A stretch of 64,000 bases of DNA from Candidatus Latescibacterota bacterium (GCA_020852055.1 JADZBP010000161.1:9493-73492); one strand, 5' to 3'. Shown: positions 45,177 through 55,398, counted from the stretch's first letter. The notes: generated by a model from the letters alone, not told the origin. Program-made: numbers and translations.

Positions 45177-47858
45177 ATGTCAAAAGTCTGGATGACCAGC
45201 GGGTTCGAGGGCTTCAGCCAGGGAACCCCGGGCAACGCCGGCCACAATCTCTATGTCTCCCGGCAGGGCATCCTGCAGCGCATCCACCAGTACGACCTGG
45301 ATGGCGACGGGTACCTGGATCTGGTCTTCTGCAACAGCCAGGACCACTGGGAGAAGGCGCCGGCCTATGTGTACCGCCACCTGGCCGGCGCGGTGGAGCG
45401 CCTCGAACTGCCCGCCGACGGGGCGCAGACCGGGGTGGTGGCCGATCTGGACGGGGACGGGTACCCGGATCTGGTGCTGGGCATGGAGCATGACGGCATC
45501 CGCGCCGACCTCAATACCCGCATCTACTACGGCTCCCCCGAGGGATTCGGCGAAAAGCGCCAGCAGCGCCTGCCCGTGCCCCGGTGCAGCGGGGTGGCGG
45601 CCGGTGACTTCGACGGGGATGGGAGGGTGGATCTGGCCTTTCTCAGCCAGGGCTGGCTGCGGCTCTTTGCTCAGAGCCGCCTGGGCTTTGAGCCCAAGCA
45701 GTACCGCGACCTCGAAATCTGCGGGGAACAACTGGCTGCTGCGGATCTCGATGGGGACGGTTGTGCCGAGTTGGTAGTGCGCGAGAAGGGCGGCGAGGTG
45801 AAGGTGTACTGGGGCGGCCCCGGCGGCCTGGACCCCAATCGCTGCACCCTGGTGCCAGTGGCGGTGGACCCTCCTGCAGCCCAGGAAGTGGGACGCGCTC
45901 CCGAGTACGTGCCTCCGGCCGGGGCCCTGGTGCAGGTGCTCTATCTGCTCGGGGTGCCGCATCTCTTCGTCGCCCGTGTCCGGCAGGTGTTGCTGGTGCC
46001 AGTGCAGCAAGGGCGGCACTGGGGACAACCCCTGGTGCTGGAATGCCCCGACGCCTTGAGCGCGGCGGCTGCCGATCTGGACGGGGATGGGTACGAGGAG
46101 GTGGTGTTGGCCTGCCGGCAGGCGGGGCCCGAACAACACTCGTGGATCTACTGGGGCGGGCCGCAGGGCTTCGATGAAGAGCGCCGCCAGGCCCTGCCCA
46201 GCAAGGGGGCCTGCGACGTGGCCATCGGGGATGTGGACGGGGATGGACAATTGGAGATTGCCCGGTGCCAGGGCGCCGGCGAGGAATCCTTCAGCACCGA
46301 ATCCCTGGTATACCGGGCCACGGGTGAATGCCTGGCCCGGCTGCCCAGTGAGGATGCGCGTCGGATCTTCGTTGTCCCTGTCGGTCCGGAAACGCCGGCC
46401 CAGGTGGTGCTGGTCAACCACTACAGCCGCGATGCCCTGGGTAATATCCCGGTTTCGGTCTTTCCTGGCGGCGCCGAGGGTTTTGATCCGGAGCGCCCGC
46501 GGCAGTTGCCTGGCTGGGGTGCGGTGGAGGCCCTGTGCTGCGACGTGGACGACGACGGGCGGGTGGAATTGGTGCTGGCCAATGCCTCGGAGAACGCCAT
46601 CCGCCGCGATCCGGGGTCCTATATCTGGAAGCCGCGCCATCGGGGCCCGTACCCGCAGCCCGACTGGGTGTTGCCCACCACCCGGGCGCACGGGGTCTGT
46701 TGTGCCGACCTGAACCGCGACGGGTACCTCGATCTGGTCTTCTGCGGGTTCAACAATCCCGAGTTGCTGATCTTCTACGGGCGGGAGGGGGGTTTCGATC
46801 TGGAGCACCCGGTGCGCCTCCGCCTCGAATACGAGGGGGTGGTTTACCCGGAGCCGCGCTGGATCTACCTGGCCGACCTCAACCAGGATGGCTGGCTGGA
46901 CCTGGTGGTCCCCCAGATCGCCGCCGAGCGCAGCTTCGTCCTGTGGGGCGGCCCCAAGGGGTTCAGCATGGCGCGCTGCCAGGCCCTCTCGGTCTTCCAC
47001 GCCGCCTGCGCCCGCGCCGCCGACCTCGACGGGGACGGCTGGCCCGAACTGATCCTGGGTGGCCACATCCCTTCGGATCAGGGGCCGCACGATTCTTTCA
47101 TCTATATCTACTGGAATGGCCCGCAGGGTTTGAGCGAGAGCCGGCGCACCCTGTTGCCCGCGGCCGGGGTGAATGCCCTGAGTGTGGCCGACTTCGACGG
47201 GGACGGCCACCTCGATCTCTTTGCCTGCTCCTACCACGACGGCCGCCAGCGCGACATCCCCTCGTATCTCTACTGGAACCGGCCGGGGCGGGGGTTCTCG
47301 GAGAACGACTTCACCCGCCTGCACACCCATTCGGCTTCCGGGTGTGTGGCCTGGGATTTCGACGGGGATGGCCGGGTGGACCTGGCGGTGGCCAATCACA
47401 AGGTGGAGGGGGACCACCGCGGCTACTCGGAGGTGTGGTGGAACAGCGCCGAAGGGTTCTCCGAAGACCGCACCACCCGGTTGCCGACTTCGGGTCCGCA
47501 CGGCATGTGTGCGGTGGAGCCGGGCAACCTGCTCGACCGCGGCCCCGAGGAGTATTATGTTTCCGCGCCTTTCAAGCTGTCGCCCGGCCATCACCTGAGC
47601 GAGGTATCGTGGGACGCTCAGGTGCCGCCCCAGAGCTGGGTGGGCCTGCAACTGCGCTGCGCCGCCACCCGCGCCGGCCTGGACCAGGCGCCCTGGCAGG
47701 GACCCGATGGGCAGGGGAGTTGGTGGAGGAACTACCAGCAGGTCCGCGGCATGAAGGGTAAGTGGGTGCAGTACCGCCTGGCCCTGGGGGCGCGCCAGTG
47801 CGGGGCCAGCCCCCGGGTGCGCGAGGTGGCCATCTTCTACGACGAGATCGGAGTCTGA
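45177..47858 (+). CDS. FG-GAP/VCBS repeat protein (integrin-alpha-like beta-propellers)
   Basis: 893 aa with at least 10 D-x-D/N-G-D-G calcium-loop repeats (DLDGDGYLDLVF, DLDGDGYPDLVL, DFDGDGRVDLAF ...). No obvious signal peptide. Confidence 0.8.
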   Translation: MSKVWMTSGFEGFSQGTPGNAGHNLYVSRQGILQRIHQYDLDGDGYLDLVFCNSQDHWEKAPAYVYRHLAGAVERLELPADGAQTGVVADLDGDGYPDLVLGMEHDGIRADLNTRIYYGSPEGFGEKRQQRLPVPRCSGVAAGDFDGDGRVDLAFLSQGWLRLFAQSRLGFEPKQYRDLEICGEQLAAADLDGDGCAELVVREKGGEVKVYWGGPGGLDPNRCTLVPVAVDPPAAQEVGRAPEYVPPAGALVQVLYLLGVPHLFVARVRQVLLVPVQQGRHWGQPLVLECPDALSAAAADLDGDGYEEVVLACRQAGPEQHSWIYWGGPQGFDEERRQALPSKGACDVAIGDVDGDGQLEIARCQGAGEESFSTESLVYRATGECLARLPSEDARRIFVVPVGPETPAQVVLVNHYSRDALGNIPVSVFPGGAEGFDPERPRQLPGWGAVEALCCDVDDDGRVELVLANASENAIRRDPGSYIWKPRHRGPYPQPDWVLPTTRAHGVCCADLNRDGYLDLVFCGFNNPELLIFYGREGGFDLEHPVRLRLEYEGVVYPEPRWIYLADLNQDGWLDLVVPQIAAERSFVLWGGPKGFSMARCQALSVFHAACARAADLDGDGWPELILGGHIPSDQGPHDSFIYIYWNGPQGLSESRRTLLPAAGVNALSVADFDGDGHLDLFACSYHDGRQRDIPSYLYWNRPGRGFSENDFTRLHTHSASGCVAWDFDGDGRVDLAVANHKVEGDHRGYSEVWWNSAEGFSEDRTTRLPTSGPHGMCAVEPGNLLDRGPEEYYVSAPFKLSPGHHLSEVSWDAQVPPQSWVGLQLRCAATRAGLDQAPWQGPDGQGSWWRNYQQVRGMKGKWVQYRLALGARQCGASPRVREVAIFYDEIGV

Positions 47859-47862
47859 AACC

Positions 47863-48918
47863 ATGGCGATCAAAAAGTACCGGGCCTGCCTGATCGGCTG
47901 CGGCCGCATGGGGGCCACCATCGACGACGAGGTGCAGCGCAATCCCAGCAGTGTACACTGGTTACCGTACTCCCATGCAGCGGCCCTGCGCGCCCAGGAG
48001 AAGGCGGAGTTTGTCGGGGTGGCCGACGTGGTGGCCGAGAAGGTGGAGACCATCCGCCGCCGCTACGAGGTGGCGCGGGGGTACACCGATTACCGGCAGA
48101 TGCTGGAAAAGGAAAAGCCGGAGCTGGTCTGTATCGCCACCCGGCCCGCCACCCATGCCGAACTGGTGGTTGCCGCTGCCGAGAGCGGGGTGAAGGGCAT
48201 CTACTGCGAAAAACCCCTGTGTTGCTCCATGGCCGAGGCCGACGCCATGATGGCGGCCTGCCAGCGCCACGGGGTCTTGTTCAACTACGGCACCCAGCGG
48301 CGCTACATGCAGCCCTACCTCCAGATGCGCGCCCTGATCCAGGCCGGCGAGTTGGGCCAGGTGCAGGCGGTGATCTCCTATTGCGGGGTGGGTGCGGCCC
48401 TGTGGAGCCAGACCCACACCGCCGATATGCTGCTCTTTCTGGCCGGCGACGGGCCGGCGGAGTACGTGCAGGGCATCGCCCTGGTCGAGCCTGCGGACTT
48501 TGAGGACAACCGGGTGACCGGTGATCCGGGCATCCCGCTGGGATACGCCCGTTTTGCCAGCGGGGTGCACGGGTACTTCACCGCGGCCACGGGCTACGAG
48601 TTCGAGGTGAGCGGCACCCGCGGCAAGCTGCGCACCTGCGACGACGGATCGGGGGTGTGGTGGCGGCGCAGCCGGGGCGGCGGCCTGCTGGAAAAGGTGG
48701 CGTTCCCGGCCCAGCCGGCCCGCAGCGGCACGGCCGCCGGTCTGCGCGACCTGATCGATGCCATGGACACGGGCCGGCAGACCCAGGGATCCTTGCCGCT
48801 GGCCGTGCGCAGCCAGGAACTGGTCTTTGGCCTGGTCGAGTCGGAACGATTGCAGGGGGCCAGAGTGCCCCTGCCCCTGCAGAACCGCGAGTTGTACGTG
48901 GGGCGCGAAGGGTGGTAA
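47863..48918 (+). CDS. Gfo/Idh/MocA family oxidoreductase
   Basis: 351 aa. CLIGCGRMG Rossmann start, CEKPLC motif. Starts 4 nt after the FG-GAP gene stop. Confidence 0.85.
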   Translation: MAIKKYRACLIGCGRMGATIDDEVQRNPSSVHWLPYSHAAALRAQEKAEFVGVADVVAEKVETIRRRYEVARGYTDYRQMLEKEKPELVCIATRPATHAELVVAAAESGVKGIYCEKPLCCSMAEADAMMAACQRHGVLFNYGTQRRYMQPYLQMRALIQAGELGQVQAVISYCGVGAALWSQTHTADMLLFLAGDGPAEYVQGIALVEPADFEDNRVTGDPGIPLGYARFASGVHGYFTAATGYEFEVSGTRGKLRTCDDGSGVWWRRSRGGGLLEKVAFPAQPARSGTAAGLRDLIDAMDTGRQTQGSLPLAVRSQELVFGLVESERLQGARVPLPLQNRELYVGREGW

Positions 48919-48949
48919 AATCGACCTGTTGGTCAGAGAAAGGGAACCA

Positions 48950-51292
48950 ATGAAGAGCCGATCCTTTGAGCAGGAATGGACCGCCAAGGTAAAAAAGGTG
49001 CGGGCCTCCAACTTTTGGCAGCAGGTCTCCAAACCCTCGGCAGCGCGCATCGAGCGGGCGGCGGAAAAGCCGCGCCGGGACGAGGTGGCAGTGGATGAAG
49101 CGTGGAGTCTGGGGGTCCAGGGCGAGATCAGCACCAACGGGCCGGCACAGCGCGGTCTGGCGGACCTGCGCCGTTTCCTGAGCCAGCAGCTGGGCCTCAA
49201 GCTCAAGACCCAGGCCGGCGTCAAACAGTTGGTCCTGGCCCTCAGTCCCAAGGGCAAAGGCACCCCGGACCGCTGGGACAAGCATTTCGAATTGCAGGTG
49301 GAGCCCGAGTGCATCGTGGTGCGCGCTGCCTCGGAGAATGCCCTCTTGCGGGCCAGCCTCTGGCTCTCCAACTACTGGAGCCTGCGCCGCAACCCGTATC
49401 TGAAGAAGGGCCGGCGCCGGGTGAAACCCTCCGTGGCCCTGCACCTGGGCGCCGATTTATGGGGCGGCTTCTCCACCACCCAGGCCTGGATTCACGGGCG
49501 CGAGCGCGACGACAATTTTCTCGAACTGGCGCGTATGGGCCTCGACGCCTTTCCGCTCATGGCCCTTTTCGAGGACTATGTGGAGGTGGACCCGGCCGGC
49601 CCCTGGGGGGCGCTCTACAACCCGGAGGCTAAGGCCAATCGCCAGCGCCTGGCCCGTCTGGCCCGGCAGGCCGCCCGCTGCGGGGTGTTCCCCTTCCTGA
49701 TGGCCTACAACCCCAAACTCGCCCTCGATCATCCGCTCTTCAAGAGCCGGCCGAAAGCGCGCGGCGCCGTGCAGAGCGGCGGCCGTTTCCGCACCCTGTG
49801 CGCCAGCGATCCGGCCACCCGGCGTTTCATCGCCGAGTCGTGGGGCTCGCTCTTTGCCGAAATCCCCGAGCTGGGTGGCCTCATCGCCATCACCGGGGGC
49901 GAGGGGTTCTATCACTGCTTCATGCGCAGCCGTGGGGCGGCCGATTGCCCGCGCTGCAGCCAGCGGCCCGGTTCCGAGGCGGTGGCCGAACTGGTCAACG
50001 CGGTGGCCGGGGCCATCCGCAAGGAGCAACCCCAGGCCCGGCTCCTGACCTGGCCGTACTCGGCCAACCACTGGTCCGGCGACCGCGACCAGGTGGCGTA
50101 CATCGGTGGGCTCGATCCCGAAAACGTGATCTTCCAGACCGAGGTGGACAAAGATTCGGTGGACTGGCGCGAGGCCGGGTACGCCAAGAATGTCTGGGAT
50201 TATTCGATCAGCCGGGTCACGCCCAGCGAGCGCATCCTGCACCAGCGCCAGCTCTGCCGCCAGCGCGGCCTGCCCTTCAGCGTCAAGCTGGAGGTCAACA
50301 CCTCCATCGAATGCCTCAATGTGCCGTACCTGCCGGTGCTGGAGAATCAGCGGCGGATCTGGGAGAACGCCCGCCGGCTGCAGACCCAGTCCATCCACTC
50401 GCGCTGGCTCTTCGACGGCTCCTGCAAGAGCCCCTCCGAGGAACTGGGCTTCTGGACCATCTGGGGCCAGGGCACCGAGTTTGCCGACCTCAAGCAGACC
50501 ATGGCGGCCATCGCCCGCCGCGACTTTGGCGAAAAGGCCGCTCCCCACGTGTTGCGGGCCTGGGCCAAATGCTCGGAGGGTATGCGCCATCATCCCCAGC
50601 TCGACTACTACGTGGGCACCTACTTCGTCGGCGCCGGCCAGCCCCTGGTGTTGCGGCCCGAGGCGCTCGCCGAACTCGACCCGGCCTTCTTCGGGGTCTT
50701 CTACTGGTTGTGGGAGGACAGTGCTACCGACGACGACACCTCTTTGGTGGAGAAGAAGCCGCTTTTCTTCAGCAAACCCGGTTTCACCGCCCTGGCGCGG
50801 CGCGGCCCCCGGCGCGGCCAGGACGTGGCCCTCTCCGAGTTGCAGGAGCTGGCGCGGCTGTGGGAGGAGGGCATGGCGGAGATGGCCGTGGCGCGGCCCC
50901 TGGTGCCGGCCTCGTGCAGGAAACGCTTCACCCAGGAGTACAACCTGGTCCAGCACCTGGCCCATACCTGGCGCAGCGGGGCGCGGGTGGAGGAGTTCCT
51001 GCGCCTGCGCGACACCATCCGGCAGTTCAGCGGGCAGTTGTGGGTGCGCAGCGGCCATGTCCGCGAGAACCTGCGCGACCATCAACAGATGGTGGCGCTG
51101 GCCCGCGCCGAATTGCAGACCGCCAAACAGGACCTCAAGCTGATCCAGGGCGTGGATTTCCTCGACCTGGGCCTTCGCCTGGACATGGGGGTGGCCTCGA
51201 CGGTGCAGATCCTAGAGGCCAAGGTGCGTCAGGTGGAGAAGCTACTGGCCGAGGAATTGCCGGCCTGGCGGGAGGAGTTGCTGAAGTGGTGA
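48950..51292 (+). CDS. large hypothetical protein, possibly glycoside hydrolase-like (function unknown)
   Basis: About 780 aa from ATG 48950 (the track start at 48758 overlaps the previous gene). Coding-type codon bias throughout. An N-terminal segment faintly resembles GH20b/GH67N-type domains. A CPRC motif is present. No catalytic motif recognised. Confidence 0.6.
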   Translation: MKSRSFEQEWTAKVKKVRASNFWQQVSKPSAARIERAAEKPRRDEVAVDEAWSLGVQGEISTNGPAQRGLADLRRFLSQQLGLKLKTQAGVKQLVLALSPKGKGTPDRWDKHFELQVEPECIVVRAASENALLRASLWLSNYWSLRRNPYLKKGRRRVKPSVALHLGADLWGGFSTTQAWIHGRERDDNFLELARMGLDAFPLMALFEDYVEVDPAGPWGALYNPEAKANRQRLARLARQAARCGVFPFLMAYNPKLALDHPLFKSRPKARGAVQSGGRFRTLCASDPATRRFIAESWGSLFAEIPELGGLIAITGGEGFYHCFMRSRGAADCPRCSQRPGSEAVAELVNAVAGAIRKEQPQARLLTWPYSANHWSGDRDQVAYIGGLDPENVIFQTEVDKDSVDWREAGYAKNVWDYSISRVTPSERILHQRQLCRQRGLPFSVKLEVNTSIECLNVPYLPVLENQRRIWENARRLQTQSIHSRWLFDGSCKSPSEELGFWTIWGQGTEFADLKQTMAAIARRDFGEKAAPHVLRAWAKCSEGMRHHPQLDYYVGTYFVGAGQPLVLRPEALAELDPAFFGVFYWLWEDSATDDDTSLVEKKPLFFSKPGFTALARRGPRRGQDVALSELQELARLWEEGMAEMAVARPLVPASCRKRFTQEYNLVQHLAHTWRSGARVEEFLRLRDTIRQFSGQLWVRSGHVRENLRDHQQMVALARAELQTAKQDLKLIQGVDFLDLGLRLDMGVASTVQILEAKVRQVEKLLAEELPAWREELLKW

Positions 51293-51324
51293 GGTAGCGA
51301 ATCCTCTGCGGGGTGCTCTCCAGA

Positions 51325-51657
51325 TCAAGCGGTCACAATCTGGACGATCTTGGTGACCACTTCCTGGAGTTTTGCCTCGGTCACGACACCAGCGCGGTAC
51401 AGGATGATGTTTGAATCGGCGGTAAAGAGGCGATTGGGGCGTATGTTGCTCGTCTGCCTGAGTCCACCGCTGGCGAATCCGCTGTCCAGAAGAGGGATGG
51501 CATAGGTGTCACTGGTCGCCTGGCTGGTGATCTGGCAAAGGAAGACATCGTCGCCGGTGAGTGCGGCGACGACGAGTGCCGGTCTTTTCTTTGCGGCACT
51601 CAGGTCTGAGAAAGGGAACGGTGTGACTACTACATCGCCCTTCACAAATGCGCCCAT
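51325..51657 (-). CDS. mazF: PemK/MazF family toxin
   Basis: 110 aa. VVVTPFPFSDLSAAKKRPALVV signature. Confidence 0.8.
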   Translation of the reverse strand: MGAFVKGDVVVTPFPFSDLSAAKKRPALVVAALTGDDVFLCQITSQATSDTYAIPLLDSGFASGGLRQTSNIRPNRLFTADSNIILYRAGVVTEAKLQEVVTKIVQIVTA

Positions 51658-51866
51658 GCGGCATCCTCTTCAGGTCGATCCCAATCGCGTCGGAGGACTG
51701 CTTCGGAGGCCAGCATGGTCTCCCGAGCATCAGGGGTGGTCATTGCTAACAATGACGTTTGGTCACGATCCAATAGATAGGAGATAAAATCGTAGACAAC
51801 GGTCAGTTTTTCGGGCGGCAACTGCTGCAATCGAGCATCGATTTGGCCAATGGTAACGGATGGCAT
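51642..51866 (-). CDS. putative antitoxin (DUF2281-like) of the second MazF
   Basis: 74 aa. GGAGGAG RBS. Overlaps mazF by 16 nt. LPPEKLTVVYDFISYLL resembles DUF2281-type antitoxins. Confidence 0.6.
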   Translation of the reverse strand: MPSVTIGQIDARLQQLPPEKLTVVYDFISYLLDRDQTSLLAMTTPDARETMLASEAVLRRDWDRPEEDAAWAHL

Positions 51867-52046
51867 CGGGACTCCTCCAGCGCTGAGAAGGGCGCAATAA
51901 TCGGATGCTACCTGCTCAAATATAGAGAGGATAGGATACAGGACAAATGAGCACGGGGAGGGATACCATGGCCAGCAGCTCTTAGGGCTTCGTGCTGTCC
52001 TTTGCGGCGGGATCAGTGCTATCCTCGCTGAGCCCGCCCGCCTACC

Positions 52047-52547
52047 TCAATCCTGCGGGCTCATATACCGCTCTATATTGGCGATGAACTCCGGCATGGA
52101 GGAACACAGATAGTCCACCACCCAGGCGATGTAGTCGCGGCGGCCCTGCGGGTTGCGCTCGAAGTCGGGCACCGCCTCCCAGGTGTCGAGCAGGGCCTCC
52201 TCGCGGTCGAAGCAGACCTGGTTGAAGAGCAGCAGCCGGCGGCCGAAGTGCTGCTCCACGTATGCGCGGTGGTCCAGGCCCATGGCCACCGGCAGGTGGG
52301 CGGCGGCGAGCAACTCGGCCGTCAGTTTGCGCTGGCGGTGGCCGTCGGCGAGGATGCCCCGCTGCAGCAGGCGCTCCCGCACCTCGGGGGCCATGGCCTG
52401 GGGGAGAGCCTCGATGCCGGCGGAGGCCACCACATAACGCGGGTCGGGTCCCAGCGCCGCCTTGAGGGCGTACTCGGCGGTCATGCTCCGAAAGATATTG
52501 CCGGTGCAGACGAAGAGGATGGTTTTGGGGGTAGCGGAATCGTTCAT
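52047..52547 (-). CDS. low-molecular-weight protein-tyrosine phosphatase / ArsC-like phosphatase
   Basis: 166 aa. P-loop CTGNIFRS (CX5R-S). Confidence 0.85.
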   Translation of the reverse strand: MNDSATPKTILFVCTGNIFRSMTAEYALKAALGPDPRYVVASAGIEALPQAMAPEVRERLLQRGILADGHRQRKLTAELLAAAHLPVAMGLDHRAYVEQHFGRRLLLFNQVCFDREEALLDTWEAVPDFERNPQGRRDYIAWVVDYLCSSMPEFIANIERYMSPQD

Positions 52548-52610
52548 GAGGCGAAAGATGGATTACTCCGGGCCGGCCGGCAAGGCCGGGCCATACCAGC
52601 GAGGACGCGG

Positions 52611-53234
52611 ATGAAGAAGGTTTACGTGATCGGCGACAGCATCTCCATCCAGTACGGCCCCTATCTGCAACAGGCCCTGCGCGGGGTCATGGAATACGGG
52701 CGCAAGGAGGGGGAAGAGGAGGCCTTGCTCAACCTCGATCAGCCCCAGGGGGCCAATGGCGGCGATTCCTCGATGGTGCTGGATTTTTTGCGGGCCAAGG
52801 CGCGGACCGGCGGCATCGCCGCCGATGTCCTCCTGCTCAACTGCGGCCTGCACGATCTGCGGACCACCCCGGCCACCGGCGAAAAACAGGTACCGCTGCC
52901 GCGCTACCGCGAGAATCTCGCGGCGATCATCAACCTGGTGGCCCAACTGGAACCCTCCCTGGTCTGGATGCGCACCACTCCCTGCGACGAGCGGGTGCAC
53001 AACAGCCGCCCGGAGATCGCCTTCCACCGCTTTGCCGCCGACGGCGCCGCGTACAACCAGGCTGCCGATGAGGTCATGAGGGCTCACGGCGTGCCCATCC
53101 TCGATCTCTACACCTTCACTGTCAACCTGGGCGAGGACCTCTACTGCGACCACGTGCATTTCCACGAAGCCATCCGCGCCCAGCAGGCTGCTTTCCTGGC
53201 CGGCTGGCTGGCGGCGTGGTCGGGCCGGCCCTAA
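52611..53234 (+). CDS. SGNH/GDSL hydrolase family protein
   Basis: Start at MKKVYVIGDSIS (ATG 52611). Blocks GDS, NCGLHD, DHVHF. Confidence 0.8.
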   Translation: MKKVYVIGDSISIQYGPYLQQALRGVMEYGRKEGEEEALLNLDQPQGANGGDSSMVLDFLRAKARTGGIAADVLLLNCGLHDLRTTPATGEKQVPLPRYRENLAAIINLVAQLEPSLVWMRTTPCDERVHNSRPEIAFHRFAADGAAYNQAADEVMRAHGVPILDLYTFTVNLGEDLYCDHVHFHEAIRAQQAAFLAGWLAAWSGRP

Positions 53235-53262
53235 CCCCGAACCGAGGGAAGACCTGCTGACG

Positions 53263-53985
53263 ATGAACGACACCAACGAACTGGGCCAGCCCGTGGGATT
53301 CGCCCTGCCCGACTGGGAGCCCCCGTCGCGCCCGCTGCGCTGCGCTCTCGAAGGGCGCTACTGCCGGCTGGAGCCGCTCAACGCGGTGCAACACGCCGAG
53401 GCCCTCTTTGCCGCCAACGCCCTCGACGATGAGGGCCGGAACTGGACCTATCTGCCCTACGGCCCCTTTGCCGACCTGGAAGACTATCGCGCCTGGGTGG
53501 ATCAGGTCAGCGGCGGGGAGGACCCGCTTTTCTTCGCCATCGTCGAGCAGGCCACGGGATTGGCCGCCGGGGTGGCCAGCTATCTGCGCATCGCCCCGGA
53601 GAGCGGCTCCATCGAGGTGGGGCATATCAACTACTCGCCCCTGCTGCAGCGCACCCGCGCCGCCACCGAGGCGATGTGCCTGATGATGGAACAGGCCTTC
53701 GCGCTGGGATACCGGCGCTACGAGTGGAAGTGCAACGCCCTCAATATCCCCTCCCGCGAGGCGGCCCAGCGCCTGGGTTTCTCCTACGAAGGGCTCTTCC
53801 GCCAGGCCACGGTGGTCCGGGGCCGCAACCGCGACACCGCCTGGTACTCGGTCATCGACGCGGAATGGCCGGCTCTGGAGGCGGCCTTCGGGCAGTGGCT
53901 GGACCCCGCCAATTTTGACGCTCAGGGCCAGCAGCGCCGCTCGCTTTCTTCCCTGACCGCCCCGCTGCTGGTGCAGCGCGGATGA
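53263..53985 (+). CDS. GNAT family N-acetyltransferase (RimJ/RimL-like)
   Basis: 240 aa. IEVGHINYSP...RTRAATEAMCLMMEQAF...RYEWKCNALNIPSREAAQRLGF is the usual GNAT core. Confidence 0.8.
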   Translation: MNDTNELGQPVGFALPDWEPPSRPLRCALEGRYCRLEPLNAVQHAEALFAANALDDEGRNWTYLPYGPFADLEDYRAWVDQVSGGEDPLFFAIVEQATGLAAGVASYLRIAPESGSIEVGHINYSPLLQRTRAATEAMCLMMEQAFALGYRRYEWKCNALNIPSREAAQRLGFSYEGLFRQATVVRGRNRDTAWYSVIDAEWPALEAAFGQWLDPANFDAQGQQRRSLSSLTAPLLVQRG

Positions 53986-54722
53986 GCCTGCCCAGCGACC
54001 AGGGATGGGCCGCGCCCTTCGACCATCCCTTCTATCCGCCCCTGCCGGCACACTACCGCGAGGTGCGCTTTCAGTATGTCTTCTTTCAGGCCGACCCCGC
54101 CGGGGTGGCGCGCCTGCTGCCCGAACCGCTGGAGCCCTCCCCGGACGGGCAGTGCGTGGCCATCGGTATCGAGGTGCCTTTCTGCACCAGTTATGGCAGC
54201 TTCAGGGAGGCGGTGGTCGAGCAGAAGTGCCGCTTCCGCGGCCGGGAGGGCTGGTACTGCTCACACGTGTGGCACGACGGCCCGGCCGGCATCGCCGCCG
54301 GCCGCGAGATCTACGGCACCCCCAAGATCTTCGCCGCCCTCGAGGTGGGATTTTCCGGCCGAACGATGTTCACCCGCGCGGCCATGGGAGAGATGCCGGT
54401 GATCACCCTCAGCTCGACCATGGAAGAACCAGTGGCCCCGGAGGTGATGCCCGGCCTCTCTCCTTCGTGGCGCCTCAAACTCATTCCGCGCGCCGACCGG
54501 CCCGGTCCGGCGCTCAAGCAGTTGATCGACACGGCCCCGGCAGTGGAAAACTTCCGGGCCCACGCCTGTTTTCGCGGGCGCGGGGTAGTGAAGCTGGAAG
54601 CCTCACCCCTGTGCGATGTGACCTGCCTGCAGCCGGTGGCCTACGGCGATGCCTTTTATCTGGAAGCGAGTTTCTCCGAGGCTTTTGCGCGTATCGAACA
54701 CGACTATCTGGCCGGGGAATAG
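53982..54722 (+). CDS. acetoacetate decarboxylase (ADC) family protein
   Basis: 246 aa. ATGA overlap with the upstream gene. ADC-fold hallmarks (...GREIYGTPKIFA...). The family is broad and the substrate is unknown. Confidence 0.7.
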   Translation: MSLPSDQGWAAPFDHPFYPPLPAHYREVRFQYVFFQADPAGVARLLPEPLEPSPDGQCVAIGIEVPFCTSYGSFREAVVEQKCRFRGREGWYCSHVWHDGPAGIAAGREIYGTPKIFAALEVGFSGRTMFTRAAMGEMPVITLSSTMEEPVAPEVMPGLSPSWRLKLIPRADRPGPALKQLIDTAPAVENFRAHACFRGRGVVKLEASPLCDVTCLQPVAYGDAFYLEASFSEAFARIEHDYLAGE

Positions 54723-54768
54723 GCGCCGACCCAAAAACCCATAGCAGGCTTCTGGATCGGCGCTGAAC

Positions 54769-55398
54769 TCACGCCGACCTTGGAGCCAGGCCGGGCACCA
54801 CTCGCGACTTGAACACGGCGTTGAGCATGCGCCGCCGGTACCCCCCGCCCAGGGAGTTATGCAGGGTGTGCAGGTTGAAGATGATCGCGTCCCCCGGTTT
54901 GTTGTCGAAAGAGGCGCAGGGCACCTCGTAGTTGCTGATGCCCCACAGGGCCTGTGGGTCGAGGTTGCCCTCCCAACCCTGCAGGTGGGAGGCGGGGACC
55001 ACCCGCAGGGCGCCGGTCTGCGGGGTCAGGGGGTCCAGGTACATGGCGAATTTGGCCCGCCGGAAATCCTTGAACACCCCGTCGGGGTGCCACATCCCGT
55101 CGCCGGTGTACAACTCCCCCGCACTGCCCAGGTACTCGTAGCCCTCCCCCAGCACCGCGTTCAGCACCCCCACCAACCGCCCATCGGTCAACAGCGTGCC
55201 CAGGCGTTCGCTCGCTTCCAGAGGCGAATGACAGCCGGTGCGTTTGGTGCCGTCGTGGGTACTGCCCTGCTCTTGGAGCAGGCGTTCAAATTCCTGGGAG
55301 ATCCAGCCCACCTCTGCGGCGAAGAAGCCCGGGAGCCAGACGAAGCCGAAATCGTCGAAGTAGCGCCGCCAGTGCTGCTGCTGCGGGGTCAATTCCAT
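54769..55398 (-). CDS. phytanoyl-CoA dioxygenase (PhyH) family protein
   Basis: 209 aa. WHPDG ... ALRVVPASH ... HNS pattern. Confidence 0.7.
   Translation of the reverse strand: MELTPQQQHWRRYFDDFGFVWLPGFFAAEVGWISQEFERLLQEQGSTHDGTKRTGCHSPLEASERLGTLLTDGRLVGVLNAVLGEGYEYLGSAGELYTGDGMWHPDGVFKDFRRAKFAMYLDPLTPQTGALRVVPASHLQGWEGNLDPQALWGISNYEVPCASFDNKPGDAIIFNLHTLHNSLGGGYRRRMLNAVFKSRVVPGLAPRSA

Noticed and set aside
45180-48053. 957-aa minus-strand ORF opposite the FG-GAP and Gfo genes, and similar ones at 20661-22403, 49457-51085 and 56436-57731
   Set aside because: Same reason. These are antisense shadows of genes with clear family motifs, with Arg/Gly/Pro/Ala-rich translations and no motifs or RBS.
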